Shown one piece after another: positions 37,497 through 46,812 of a stretch of 64,000 nt of DNA. Origin of the DNA: Octopus sinensis (Eukaryota); assembly GCF_006345805.1 (NCBI RefSeq), contig NC_043002.1:112778001-112842000 (forward strand), written 5' to 3'. The notes beneath the pieces were generated by a model. The model saw only the letters and a list, made by a program, of their open reading frames with translations. It had not been told where the DNA came from and did no database searches. Every line of letters begins with the position of its first letter. Positions within the stretch are counted from its first letter, which is position 1. The translations under genes were made by a program, and so were the position numbers.

Positions 37497-38568
37497 ATGG
37501 AAGTATCCAAGGAGAATTTAAGGCACATATAATTCTTTATGAGTACAATAAAGGTAACTCTGATGCCGAAGTGACTCGAAACATACACTCAGTTTATAGC
37601 AAAGTGCTCGAATGAAAGAACTTGCAGGAGATCGTCTGCAAAATTGAAGATGAATATCGAACAGGATGTCCAGTTAAGTTTGACAAGCTCCTTGAGGCAT
37701 TACTTGAAGAAAATCCGTCATTATCAGTTGAAGAATTGACAATAAAGCTTACTTCAAACCATACAACAGTTCATCGTCATCTTCAACAACGTGGAAAGGT
37801 TCCTAAACTTGGAAAATAGGTGCCTTATGTATTGTCCGAAAGCAACCGCAAATCCCGAGTTGGCATCTGCTCTTCTCTCCATTCTCGCAAACTCATTTCA
37901 CCCTTTTTCGATAGACTTGTGATGAAAAATGGATTTTCTATCGAAATGTTAGACGTCATAAACAGTGGCTTGGTAAAAGGGAAAATTCTCAACCACAACC
38001 GAGAAGGGAACTTCATGGGAAAAAGGTTCTACTCTCTATCTGGTGCGATTGCAAAGGCGTAATTCACTTTATATTGTTACCACCTAATGCAACAATCAAT
38101 GCTCAAGTCTACTGTCAGCAATTAGAGCGTTTGAACCAAGCTTTGAAGGAAAAAAGAGCCGCTTTAGTGAGTTGAAAACGAGTGATGTTTCATCAGGACA
38201 ATGCGCAACCCCACACTGCAAAGATCACATCACAGAAGATCAAAGGGGTCGGTTTGGAAAAATTTCTTCATCCAACTTATTCTCCCGACCTTACTCCTTC
38301 AGGATACCATTTGTTTCATAGTTTACAGAATTAGTAGGGGGATACAACTTTCGCAAGCCAGGGGGAGGTCGAACCTGACATTTCAGAGTTCTTCGCTTTC
38401 AAACCAAAAGAGTTTTACGTTGATGGGATTAAAAAGCTAGTAAATAGATGGAGGTAAGTCATTAATGATTAGGGAAAGTACATTGATGATTAACTTTCAA
38501 TTAAATATAACATTTGATCACTTGTATTCTTTATCCAAAATTCAGACAGAACTTATGGGATGACCTGA
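37497..38568 (+). pseudogene. DD34D mariner transposase pseudogene
   Basis: MEVSKENLRH.., *VPYVLSE (WVPHEL motif), HQDNAQPH, YSPDLTPSGYHLF (YSPDLAPSD motif); right TIR-like GAACTTATGGGATGACCTGA. Confidence 0.85.
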
Positions 38569-38968
38569 GATATATACACTGGCGAAAATATATTTAAGAC
38601 AGACGATAAAAGTTCTATTTCTTACAAAATATTTTGTTACTAACACCATACAAATTATTTTTTATCTTTTACACCTTATGCAAAATTTATTTCGCTTTCG
38701 AATGATGCAGACAATAACCATTTTTATACTACTTGAAGAATTCTAATGCTAAATATAATTTTAATGGAGATAACCTGCAGTATATAGTACAACATTTTTG
38801 TCTCCGTATATGAGCTAAGTATTAATAAAATGTGGTATACGATAAAAATTTCGGATATTTGTCTTAAAACATTCAGACAAAAAAATTCAGATGTAGCACA
38901 TGAGGTATTATTCCATACGAATATCCACATATTTATATTAAGAATTTCATGATAAAAATATAGAAATA

Positions 38969-39451
38969 TTGGGTTGTCCGGAAAGTTCTTGCAGATTTAT
39001 AGTAGCTTATCTTTCGACTTATTTTAGAACATGTTTGAGTCCATAAAATAGGATTTGACTACACCTCCATTTAGAGCACAGTTTGATCTATCTTTTCGTG
39101 GAAGAAGGTTTATGTTCCAATAACCTGTGTTAATTCTGTAACCCTTTAAATTAAAAGATGAGAAAAATTCATTATCGGCATTTGATGCTTTGGGAACCAG
39201 ACAAAAATTGCTGCAGCTTGGCTAGGGTGACTTACCCCACCCTCCATATTCACCAGATATTACTCCTTCGGATTTCCACTTATTCAGGTCTCTGCAGAAT
39301 AGTCTTAATGGTGAAAATTTCAATTCCTTAGATGACGTAAAAAGATACCTTGATGAATTATTTGCCTTGAAACCACCCCAATTCTGGGAAGAGTATTTAG
39401 TGACCATGTACTTTCCTTTAAAAATCGGAACGAACTTTCCGGACAACCCAA
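38969..39451 (+). mobile_element. 483-bp mariner deletion derivative with intact TIRs
   Basis: TA|TTGGGTTGTCCGGAAAGTTC ... GAACTTTCCGGACAACCCAA|TA; retains only PPYSPDITPSDFHLFRSLQNSLNG. Confidence 0.9.
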
Positions 39452-39541
39452 TATAAACATAACAATGAAATACAAATAAAAACATGAAAAATGAAAACCT
39501 AAATTGAAAGAGGCGATTAAATTTCTTTTCCTAACCTGCAG

Positions 39542-39621
39542 CCGTTTGTTGTACGAAGTATTCGAAATTCAGCCCTCCTTCCTCAGGGTTCCTATCTCGA
39601 GGTAAAATCCAGCAGAAAGCA
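39542..39621 (+). other. Candidate host exon next to the LINE target site
   Basis: Strong acceptor TTTCTTTTCCTAACCTGCAG|; alternative donors GAG|GTAAAA (39601) and GCA|GTAAGG (39621); frame PFVVRSIRNSALLPQGSYLE is open. No protein recognised. Confidence 0.3.
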
Positions 39622-39650
39622 GTAAGGCACTCCATGGTTAGTATCCAAGT

Positions 39651-39676
39651 GGTATCGATGAATAAGTGTCACATTT
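39651..39676. repeat. Target-site duplication GGTATCGATGAATAAGTGTCACATTT (leftmost copy)
   Basis: The 22-nt core recurs at 48581-48602, 52898-52919, 57209-57230 and 61521-61542; partial copy at 45121-45133. Confidence 0.95.
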
Positions 39677-39891
39677 CTTTATTACCCACTAGGGGCGACA
39701 TAGAGTACACATACAATCACGAATGATGAAACAATTATGAACATTTGGGGTCAGTTAAAATCGAAAATGAATAATAAAAACGAATGATTACACAAAGACA
39801 AAATAAACAAAATTACAAAATTCAGTGGGGCGGGTCCGCGACCCCATGCTCCCCGCCACGACACTTAACCTTGTGGTTTCATTTTTTCTTC

Positions 39892-42800
39892 CTATCTCGC
39901 ATTTGTGAGGGATCTTTTACTCGCCACATTTTTCCATCTTTCATCAAACACTTTCTTACTCAGGCTCCTTCTCTCCAGTTCTATATGTCTTTTCAGGTGG
40001 AATTTAAAATATTCCACCAGACCTGAACCAGAGATGAAGTCGCCTGTTATCATCCCTTTCATCCTTGTCTTCCATACTACCTGTTTCGCAGTTGAAACCA
40101 CGACGAGAAAACAAAACTTACCTTCTTTCGTTAAGAAATCAGGTAGGCTGATTTTTACAATAGATTCGGCTGATAGCTGTACTCTTCGTTCACCTGACAT
40201 TAGTTGTTCGGCACAATCCCACATATCTTTCACCCCCGAACACTGCACGATCGCGTGCGAGACGGTTTCCCGTTCTCGCCCACACCTCGTACAGGTCGGG
40301 CTGACTTGGCAACCGTGCCTTGCAAGCTTGTCCCGAACAGGTTAGGCTCCTCGGTAGCACTGCCAAGCCAAAGACTTCTGGAAATTATCCAGTGTCTTCG
40401 GCCCGAATGTACGTTGGAACAGACTGGCCAGCTGCTTATCGTCGAAACCTAGGGCTTCCCCTAGCGTATCATCGTTACCGGCCTCTACAAACCCTCTATA
40501 AAACACAGCGGTAGAACCACTGCCGCAGGCATTACCCGAGCGACGGAATAGTCGGAGTGCCTTGCGACACTCCGTATACCACGTACCCAACTTCGATCTG
40601 CGATTATACCAGTCCTCCCGGCCACCGAAACTGGTGAACCTGGGGAACATCTGTTTTGCCATCGGAGACCACACCCGTTCACTACCCAGATGGAGCCACA
40701 GGTGCCTTAGCCTCAGCGCATTTCTGCGCATCATTAGCCACGGCATCCCTAGTCCACCCTGTAACGGTTTTTGACAGCAGACAGAGCGTCTCACAAGCGG
40801 TTTCGAGCCCTTCCACAAGAAGCGAAAGAGCTGTCTCTCCAACTTGCTCAACCACGAATCCGGGCAAGGCACGACGGCAAGGCGGTAGGTGATCACCGAT
40901 GCAATAAACACATTGGTTACCTCCGCCCTACCTTTCAAGGATAACCACCGCCAAGACCAAATCCTGACTATTGCAGCCACCTTGCTCGATACCTCGCTCC
41001 AGTTCTTCTCTATTTGGAGGTCCGGACCGAACCAAACCCCGAGCAACTTAATCGGGCCCTCCGTCCAACGTCCCACGACGCTGTCTGGAGGCATCGACTT
41101 GCCTCTCCAGGTGCCGAGTTGCAAGCCGACCGACTTTTCACGATTAACTTTTGCTCCTGTCACCGTCTCGTAAACCTCTATGGCTTTGCCTACTTTACGT
41201 AGGTGGTCCACTTCAGTCACGATGATAGTGATGTCATCCGCGTACGCCGAAACCGACATATCGCGTCCTGGTTGCCTCGGGATGCCGCTCAGTCTTCGCA
41301 GCAGCGGCTCCAGGGCCGCTACATACAAAAGCGGGGATAGCGGACATCCCTGGTGAACCGAGCGTTTGACCTTGAACGGCTTAGAAAGAAAGCCGTTCAC
41401 CTGAACTACCGAGTCGACGTTGTCATACATTTCGATGATCCACCTGAGGAAGCCAAGACCCAGGCCGAACTGAGCCAGAACGGACACCAGGTAGTGATGG
41501 TCGACCCTATCGAACGCTTTTGACTGGTCTAAATGGACCACTGCCCCTCCCTTGCCGGGATCGTTATTTATTCCCTCTATCGTGTATCTAATAAGATGGA
41601 GATTATCCTGAATGGCTCTGCCCGGTACGGCGCACGTTTGCGCTTTCCCAATCAGTCCATTCGCGACACGCGCCAATCTGTTCGATAACACTTTGGCCAA
41701 AATCTTCAACTCTGCGTTAAGCAGAGTGATGGGCCTGAAATTATCTATTACATCCCCCTTGCTCTGGTCCTTCCTGACTAGCGTCACCACTCCCCGGCGC
41801 ACAGATCTGGGGATAAACCCATTCTGCTGCCAGTTTGCGTAGACGCCCGTCAGTAAGTCCCCGAACAAGTCCGGCATACTTTTATAAAGCTCGTAGGGTA
41901 GACCGTCCAGTCCCGGCGCCTTACCCGCACCGCAGTCCGCCATGGCCTCTATTACCTCCCCAGGTGTGATCGGCTCCTCACTACACTTCGCATCCTGCCC
42001 CGAGAGGCGCGGCAGCCCGTCGAGGAGGTCCGTAAGGTCCCTCCCCCTATCCGGTCCGCCGCTCCCCCCGAAAAGCTGGGCGAAGTGGTCCTGAAAAGCT
42101 TGACACATCTCCTCGGGCTCGTCTGTCAACTTACCTTGTTGGTTCGCCAGAGATCGAATTGTAGCATCGTTGCCACGTTGGGCTTCCACCACTCGGGCCC
42201 ATCCTGCAGCCTTGATTCCTTCGCTCCCCATCGTACGTTGTCTAGCCCTGACAATGCAACCCATGTGTTTAGCTTCGAGGTGCTGGTTAAGAACCAGTCT
42301 CTTGACCTTCACCTGGTCTGCATTGCCATTTCGCATTGCTTCATCTAAGTCCTTAACTAGTGTAGTTACCTTTCTAGCCTCTCTAGCTACAAGGTTAGTA
42401 CTATATCTAACGAACTCATATTTTATGGCTCGCTTAAGAGCATACCACCATTTGTTGTTACAAATGGAGCCGGTCATGGCCCTCTGGATTATTAACCTAA
42501 TCCTGTCCCTGTACTCCTTAATCGCCAAAAGGGACGTATTAAGTTTCCAGTAACCAGGACCTCTAGTTATCTTATCTACGTCTAGCCTACAGGTGACCAT
42601 CTTGTGGTCACTGTAGCTGACTATATGGTGTTGTGGACTCTTAACTAGGTTCTTATCTACCTTCCTAATTAATATCCTGTCTATGTATGATTTTACCGAT
42701 CCGTCGCTATTTGACCACGTCCGCAGTGGAGCGCCCGGATGTTCCAGTCTATATGGATCTACCAGCTCAAAACGTCTTAGTAGATCCAGGAAGCAAGTAT

Positions 42801-43284
42801 TTCCTTTTCTGTCTGTTCGCGAGCCTTCACAGTCTACCCGCACATCGCAGATTGTGTTGAGGTCCCCTAACATTACTACTGGGCTCGATGTACTCAGAAA
42901 CTTCTCCAGGTTCCGATAATTTTCACTTTTCCCCTTACCGGGGGGAGCGTAAACCGCAACCAGCCTGATTGTCTTACGGCTACTGAACGTCAACTCAATG
43001 ACGACCAGCCTACCTTCCGGATCCGTAAAAATCAACTTTTTCTCAGAAACCCGGTTCTTTTTACACAGGACCAACACCCCGCTTCCGCCGACCGACGGGT
43101 TCGGAGAGATGACACTCTCGTAACCGTCGAACAGCGGGAGCAGATCTCTTGGCCCCTTTAACCGGGTTTCTGTGGCAACGACAACATCTAAATCCCGTGA
43201 CCTGATGTCATTTAGGAAGCGCCCTTGCTTCCAGCTCTGCATCAGGCCACGCACATTCAAACACCCTACACAAATATGAGACAT
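39892..43284 (-). pseudogene. ORF2 of copy a: APE endonuclease + reverse transcriptase + CCHC finger, one premature stop
   Basis: GCLNVRG, ETR, VYAP, SDH; KAPGLDG, FRPITLLN, LDQSKAFDRVDH, QGCPLSP, YADD. Leu TTA changed to TAA at 40342-40344, and the frame continues to 39892; also GDLN and SVHQG where copy b1 has GDFN and SVRQG. Confidence 0.95.
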
Positions 43285-43293
43285 TACTTACCT

Positions 43294-44916
43294 TTATTCC
43301 GTTTTTCCTTTGGTGGTCGTGGCGGGGAAGACCGCCTTCAATAAAGGCTCGTCTATTTCGTGTCTCGGACCGAATATGTCCTCAGGGTATTGCGCATTTG
43401 CTATATTGAAGTTCATCAGGTCCATGTTGTATATCTCAACATTTTTGTTGAGTACCTTATGCGTTTTTATTTTTTTTGTTAGGCTATCATTCGATTTGTT
43501 TATTGCAACAAATACTGTCTTGTGTTCGAATTCTTTTTCCGGGCTTTGTGGGGGTGATGGGGAGGACCCCGGGGAGTATGATGGGGAGGAACACGAGGAG
43601 GGGGTTGAAATGGAGGGGTAATGCTCGGCACTGAGGGGTGGGGGTGGATTGGGTGGGGGCTTCTCTTTTTGTGGTGAACCGTGGTTGGGTGGGAATGGTT
43701 TTCCCCCCTGAGAGTTTGATTTCTTTTTGATTGTGCCAGGGTTGGTTGGGTTTGTGTCCGCATTCTTTCTCTTTGGCGTTTTCTTTCGCCTCACCGTTGT
43801 GAAGTCGTTCTCTTCTTCTTCCGTTTTTTTCTCTGCTTCTTCTTCTGTCTTTTTTCTTTCTTCCTCTTTCTTGCTGGTGGGGCATTCCATACGGATGTGA
43901 CCTATCTCGCCACATCCGTAGCAACGTGGCTTTCGCTCCTCCACCACCACCCGCAAGTTAATTTCTTCCCCGAATTGTATTCCTTCTGGAACTTCCTCCA
44001 TTGCCTCCGGGGTCGCTTGCACCACCACGTGCAATGCTTGTCCTCTCCAGTTTTCCTTTATCACTCTTCTGATGTTTATCACTGTTATTTTCTGTTCCAG
44101 CCCCATTAACAGTGCTGGAAGCAACCACCTCACGTCGACCTGTGGCGGCACGTCCTCCACTCTGATTTTTGAGGCTCTCCTCCCTAAATACGAGGGTAAT
44201 AATATTATTTCCTCCGTCTTTATTGGTGTTAGGGAGTGTTTTTTGGCCGTTTCTTCATTTCTGAAGTGCACCTCTATTGTTGCAAACTTTCTCCCCCACG
44301 TAACGTACTCTATATCACTCCACACTGGTTTAAGGCATTTCTCAGCTTGGTCTTTGGTTATCCTTTCAATTTTCTTTTCTTTTATTACATAGGATTTATA
44401 AATTATCGTCCTTTTCTCGGTTTCCTCTTTAATTGTTTGTGGGAGGGCAGCTATCGCGTTATTTCCCTCCTTTTTAAACATTTTAAAAAACTTTTCATAC
44501 TCCACCTCCTCCATCTTTATTTCCTCTGTCTTCCTACCAGCAGCGGCAGCGAAGTTAAACATTTTGGTTTTTTCACTTGGTTTGGAACCTTCACACACAT
44601 TTGCTGATTTCTCAGCTTCGTTGGCAGTCAACCCTTCCGCGATTTTAGCCGTTTTCACAGCTTTTTTAACCGGCGAACCTTCATTCACTTTTGCTGTTTT
44701 CACAGTTTCATTGGAAGTCAACCCTTCCGCGACTTTAGCCGTTTTCACAGCTTTTTTAACCGGCGAACCTTCATTCACTTTTGCTGTTTTCACAGCTTCA
44801 TTGGAAGTCACACCTTCCGCAATTTTAGCTTCTTCACCAATTTTCACATTTTTTTGTGTAGGCAAACCTACTACATCATCATTTTTAGACATTTTTGAAC
44901 AAGTATTTTTGTTCAT
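43294..44916 (-). CDS. ORF1 (gag-like nucleic-acid-binding protein) of copy a, 540 aa
   Basis: CX2CX4HX4C knuckle CYGCGEIGHIRMEC; N-terminal 15/30-aa repeats; Lys/Glu- and Pro/Ser-rich linkers; directly upstream of ORF2. Confidence 0.9.
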   Translation of the reverse strand: MNKNTCSKMSKNDDVVGLPTQKNVKIGEEAKIAEGVTSNEAVKTAKVNEGSPVKKAVKTAKVAEGLTSNETVKTAKVNEGSPVKKAVKTAKIAEGLTANEAEKSANVCEGSKPSEKTKMFNFAAAAGRKTEEIKMEEVEYEKFFKMFKKEGNNAIAALPQTIKEETEKRTIIYKSYVIKEKKIERITKDQAEKCLKPVWSDIEYVTWGRKFATIEVHFRNEETAKKHSLTPIKTEEIILLPSYLGRRASKIRVEDVPPQVDVRWLLPALLMGLEQKITVINIRRVIKENWRGQALHVVVQATPEAMEEVPEGIQFGEEINLRVVVEERKPRCYGCGEIGHIRMECPTSKKEEERKKTEEEAEKKTEEEENDFTTVRRKKTPKRKNADTNPTNPGTIKKKSNSQGGKPFPPNHGSPQKEKPPPNPPPPLSAEHYPSISTPSSCSSPSYSPGSSPSPPQSPEKEFEHKTVFVAINKSNDSLTKKIKTHKVLNKNVEIYNMDLMNFNIANAQYPEDIFGPRHEIDEPLLKAVFPATTTKGKTE

Positions 44917-45133
44917 TTTTCCGTGGAATGTGTGTGTTTTTCCGTGTGTTTCAATTTACAGCAGTTCCCCTCCTCACGGAGGGGAAAACAAAGTTTTCCT
45001 GGTTCAAAACCAGCAACAGTTCAAACAATTTTTTAACAAGACAATTTAAACAGGTTTTAACACAAATTCAACAACAATATTTCACTGACAAAAAAAACTC
45101 ACGTGGTGAAAGTTCAGTTTTGGGTATCGATGA

Positions 45134-46809
45134 GATTTTATTATTACCCACAAGGGGCGAACATAGAGGGGACAATACAATCGGGGAACTTAAAATAAGA
45201 AAGCGAATGACAAGAAAAGGAAAAAATAAAAGTAAAAAATGACATATGAAAGAATATTTACAATGAGATGTAAATGCCCACTCGATCCCCGGAATCGAGA
45301 GGTTACATTTTCGTCACATATATTTCACAATATTTTCTTTTTTCTCTTCTTTCTTCTCTCTCTTCTCACAATTCTATACGTATTCCATAATAGCTTTCAA
45401 TTCTCTAAAGTCAATCACTGAGCCTCAGGCAGCCGCTCTCTCACTCGAACACTCGTGTAAAATATTACACTCTCTCCGGCAGCTCTGAGGAACTCAGCGA
45501 CTCTTTCTTCGGGGATTAGAGCAGTCTCCTGCCACTGATCGGTCATCCTGTTGACCCATATATGTCCCTCCGTATTACATGTCAAGTCTTTCATTTCAGG
45601 GCAGAAATGGAAGGTTATTAACTTGTAGAAGCAGTAATCTTGTTTCCGTCCTACGTTTTCCCTCGTTTTTCTTTTCGGGCTTATTTCTTCCTTGTTCTCC
45701 TCTCTTTGTTTCTCTCTTTCTCTCTTTTTGCCTTCTTTTCTTTCTCCTTCCTTCTCTTGTCTTTTTGGTTCTTTGTCTGTTCTCTCTTTCTCTCGTGTTT
45801 TATGTTCCTTTTCTTTTTCTTTTTGTGTGCCGTCTTTTCTTTTCGTTTGATTCTGATCTCTCTCTTGTTTTTTTCCTGTTGTTTCTTTTTCCTTTTTTTT
45901 TTCCTGACTCTGTTTTGGTTCTATTTCTTTCTTTTCTTTTATTTCTTTTTCCTTCATTGACTTATTATTTCCTTTCTCTTGTTGTTTTGTTTCCTTTTCT
46001 ATGTTTTCTTTTTCATTTACCGTATTCTTCTTTTCTTCAAGTTCCTGCTCGCACTCCGCTACGAATTCGTATAACGGGCACTCTTTTTTAATGTGCCCCC
46101 TTGTCCCGCACAAGTAGCAGTTTGGCTTTCTTCCCTCTACAATTACACTGAGGGTTTTCTCATCTTCAATTTCTATTCTGTAGGGGAACCTTTCAATGTC
46201 CTCTTTTGTGGCCATCAAACACAGTTCTACCCCATATCCTCTCCAGTTTACCGCGTTGGACTCCTTAAAGGATTCCACCTCCACTTCCTCTTCTGCTGCT
46301 CCTAGAATAGCTGTTGCCAGCCATTCTGTTTTCACTTCTGGGGGTATATTCGGGATTTTAACCCGGACCCCTCTTCTTCCCTTGTATGAGGGCCACATTA
46401 TAAATGTTTCCGCTCTTAGTACAGTGGTAGCCAGTGAGGCTGCAATTTCTTCCGTTGCACATCTCACCTCCACCGTACCAAATTTCTTGCCTCTACTCAC
46501 GTAGGTCGATTTCCCCATTATGTCTCCCAGACATTTTTCGATTTCGGCTATCTCCACTCTTGCCAGTTTCTTCGTATTTTTGTCTTGGGTTCTATATGTC
46601 ACTGTCTTGTTTTCTTTGTCCTCTTTTGCTTTCTCGGGGGGGATTAGCTTCACGCTATCACCCTCCCTTTTGAAGAGCTTTTCATATTCCTTGATTTTAC
46701 TCTTCTCAAAGAAATCATCCTTCACGATTATCGACGAATCATTATTTTTCTTTCCCGTGACCCCCGCATAAGTCGCCATGACTAGAGGGTCAATTCACCT
46801 TCTTCGGAA
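45134..46809 (-). mobile_element. ORF1-only non-autonomous retroelement, unit A (5' UTR truncated)
   Basis: Single ORF1-like ORF, ~280-nt 3' UTR with no ORF2 trace, 3' tail shared with the LINE. Confidence 0.9.
45415..46779 (-). CDS. ORF1-like protein, 454 aa
   Basis: Knuckle CYLCGTRGHIKKEC; aligns with copy a ORF1 (EYEK.FK.EG, EKCL, RG.KF.T.EV, PSY.GRR, NWRG); a 1-bp deletion near the end shortens it relative to unit B. Confidence 0.85.
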   Translation of the reverse strand: MATYAGVTGKKNNDSSIIVKDDFFEKSKIKEYEKLFKREGDSVKLIPPEKAKEDKENKTVTYRTQDKNTKKLARVEIAEIEKCLGDIMGKSTYVSRGKKFGTVEVRCATEEIAASLATTVLRAETFIMWPSYKGRRGVRVKIPNIPPEVKTEWLATAILGAAEEEVEVESFKESNAVNWRGYGVELCLMATKEDIERFPYRIEIEDEKTLSVIVEGRKPNCYLCGTRGHIKKECPLYEFVAECEQELEEKKNTVNEKENIEKETKQQEKGNNKSMKEKEIKEKKEIEPKQSQEKKKEKETTGKKQERDQNQTKRKDGTQKEKEKEHKTREKERTDKEPKRQEKEGERKEGKKREREKQREENKEEISPKRKTRENVGRKQDYCFYKLITFHFCPEMKDLTCNTEGHIWVNRMTDQWQETALIPEERVAEFLRAAGESVIFYTSVRVRERLPEAQ

Positions 46810-46812
46810 CGT

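Larger units (their letters stand above)
39677..45120 (-). mobile_element. Full-length Tx1/L1-clade non-LTR retrotransposon (copy a, ~5.44 kb)
   Basis: 5' UTR, ORF1, 9-nt spacer, ORF2 and ~215-nt 3' UTR, bounded by target duplications. Confidence 0.95.

Noticed and set aside
39655-39663. TCGATGAA resemblance to the 5.8S rRNA motif (GCATCGATGAAGAAC)
   Set aside because: The match is only about 8-10 nt and the flanks do not resemble 5.8S.
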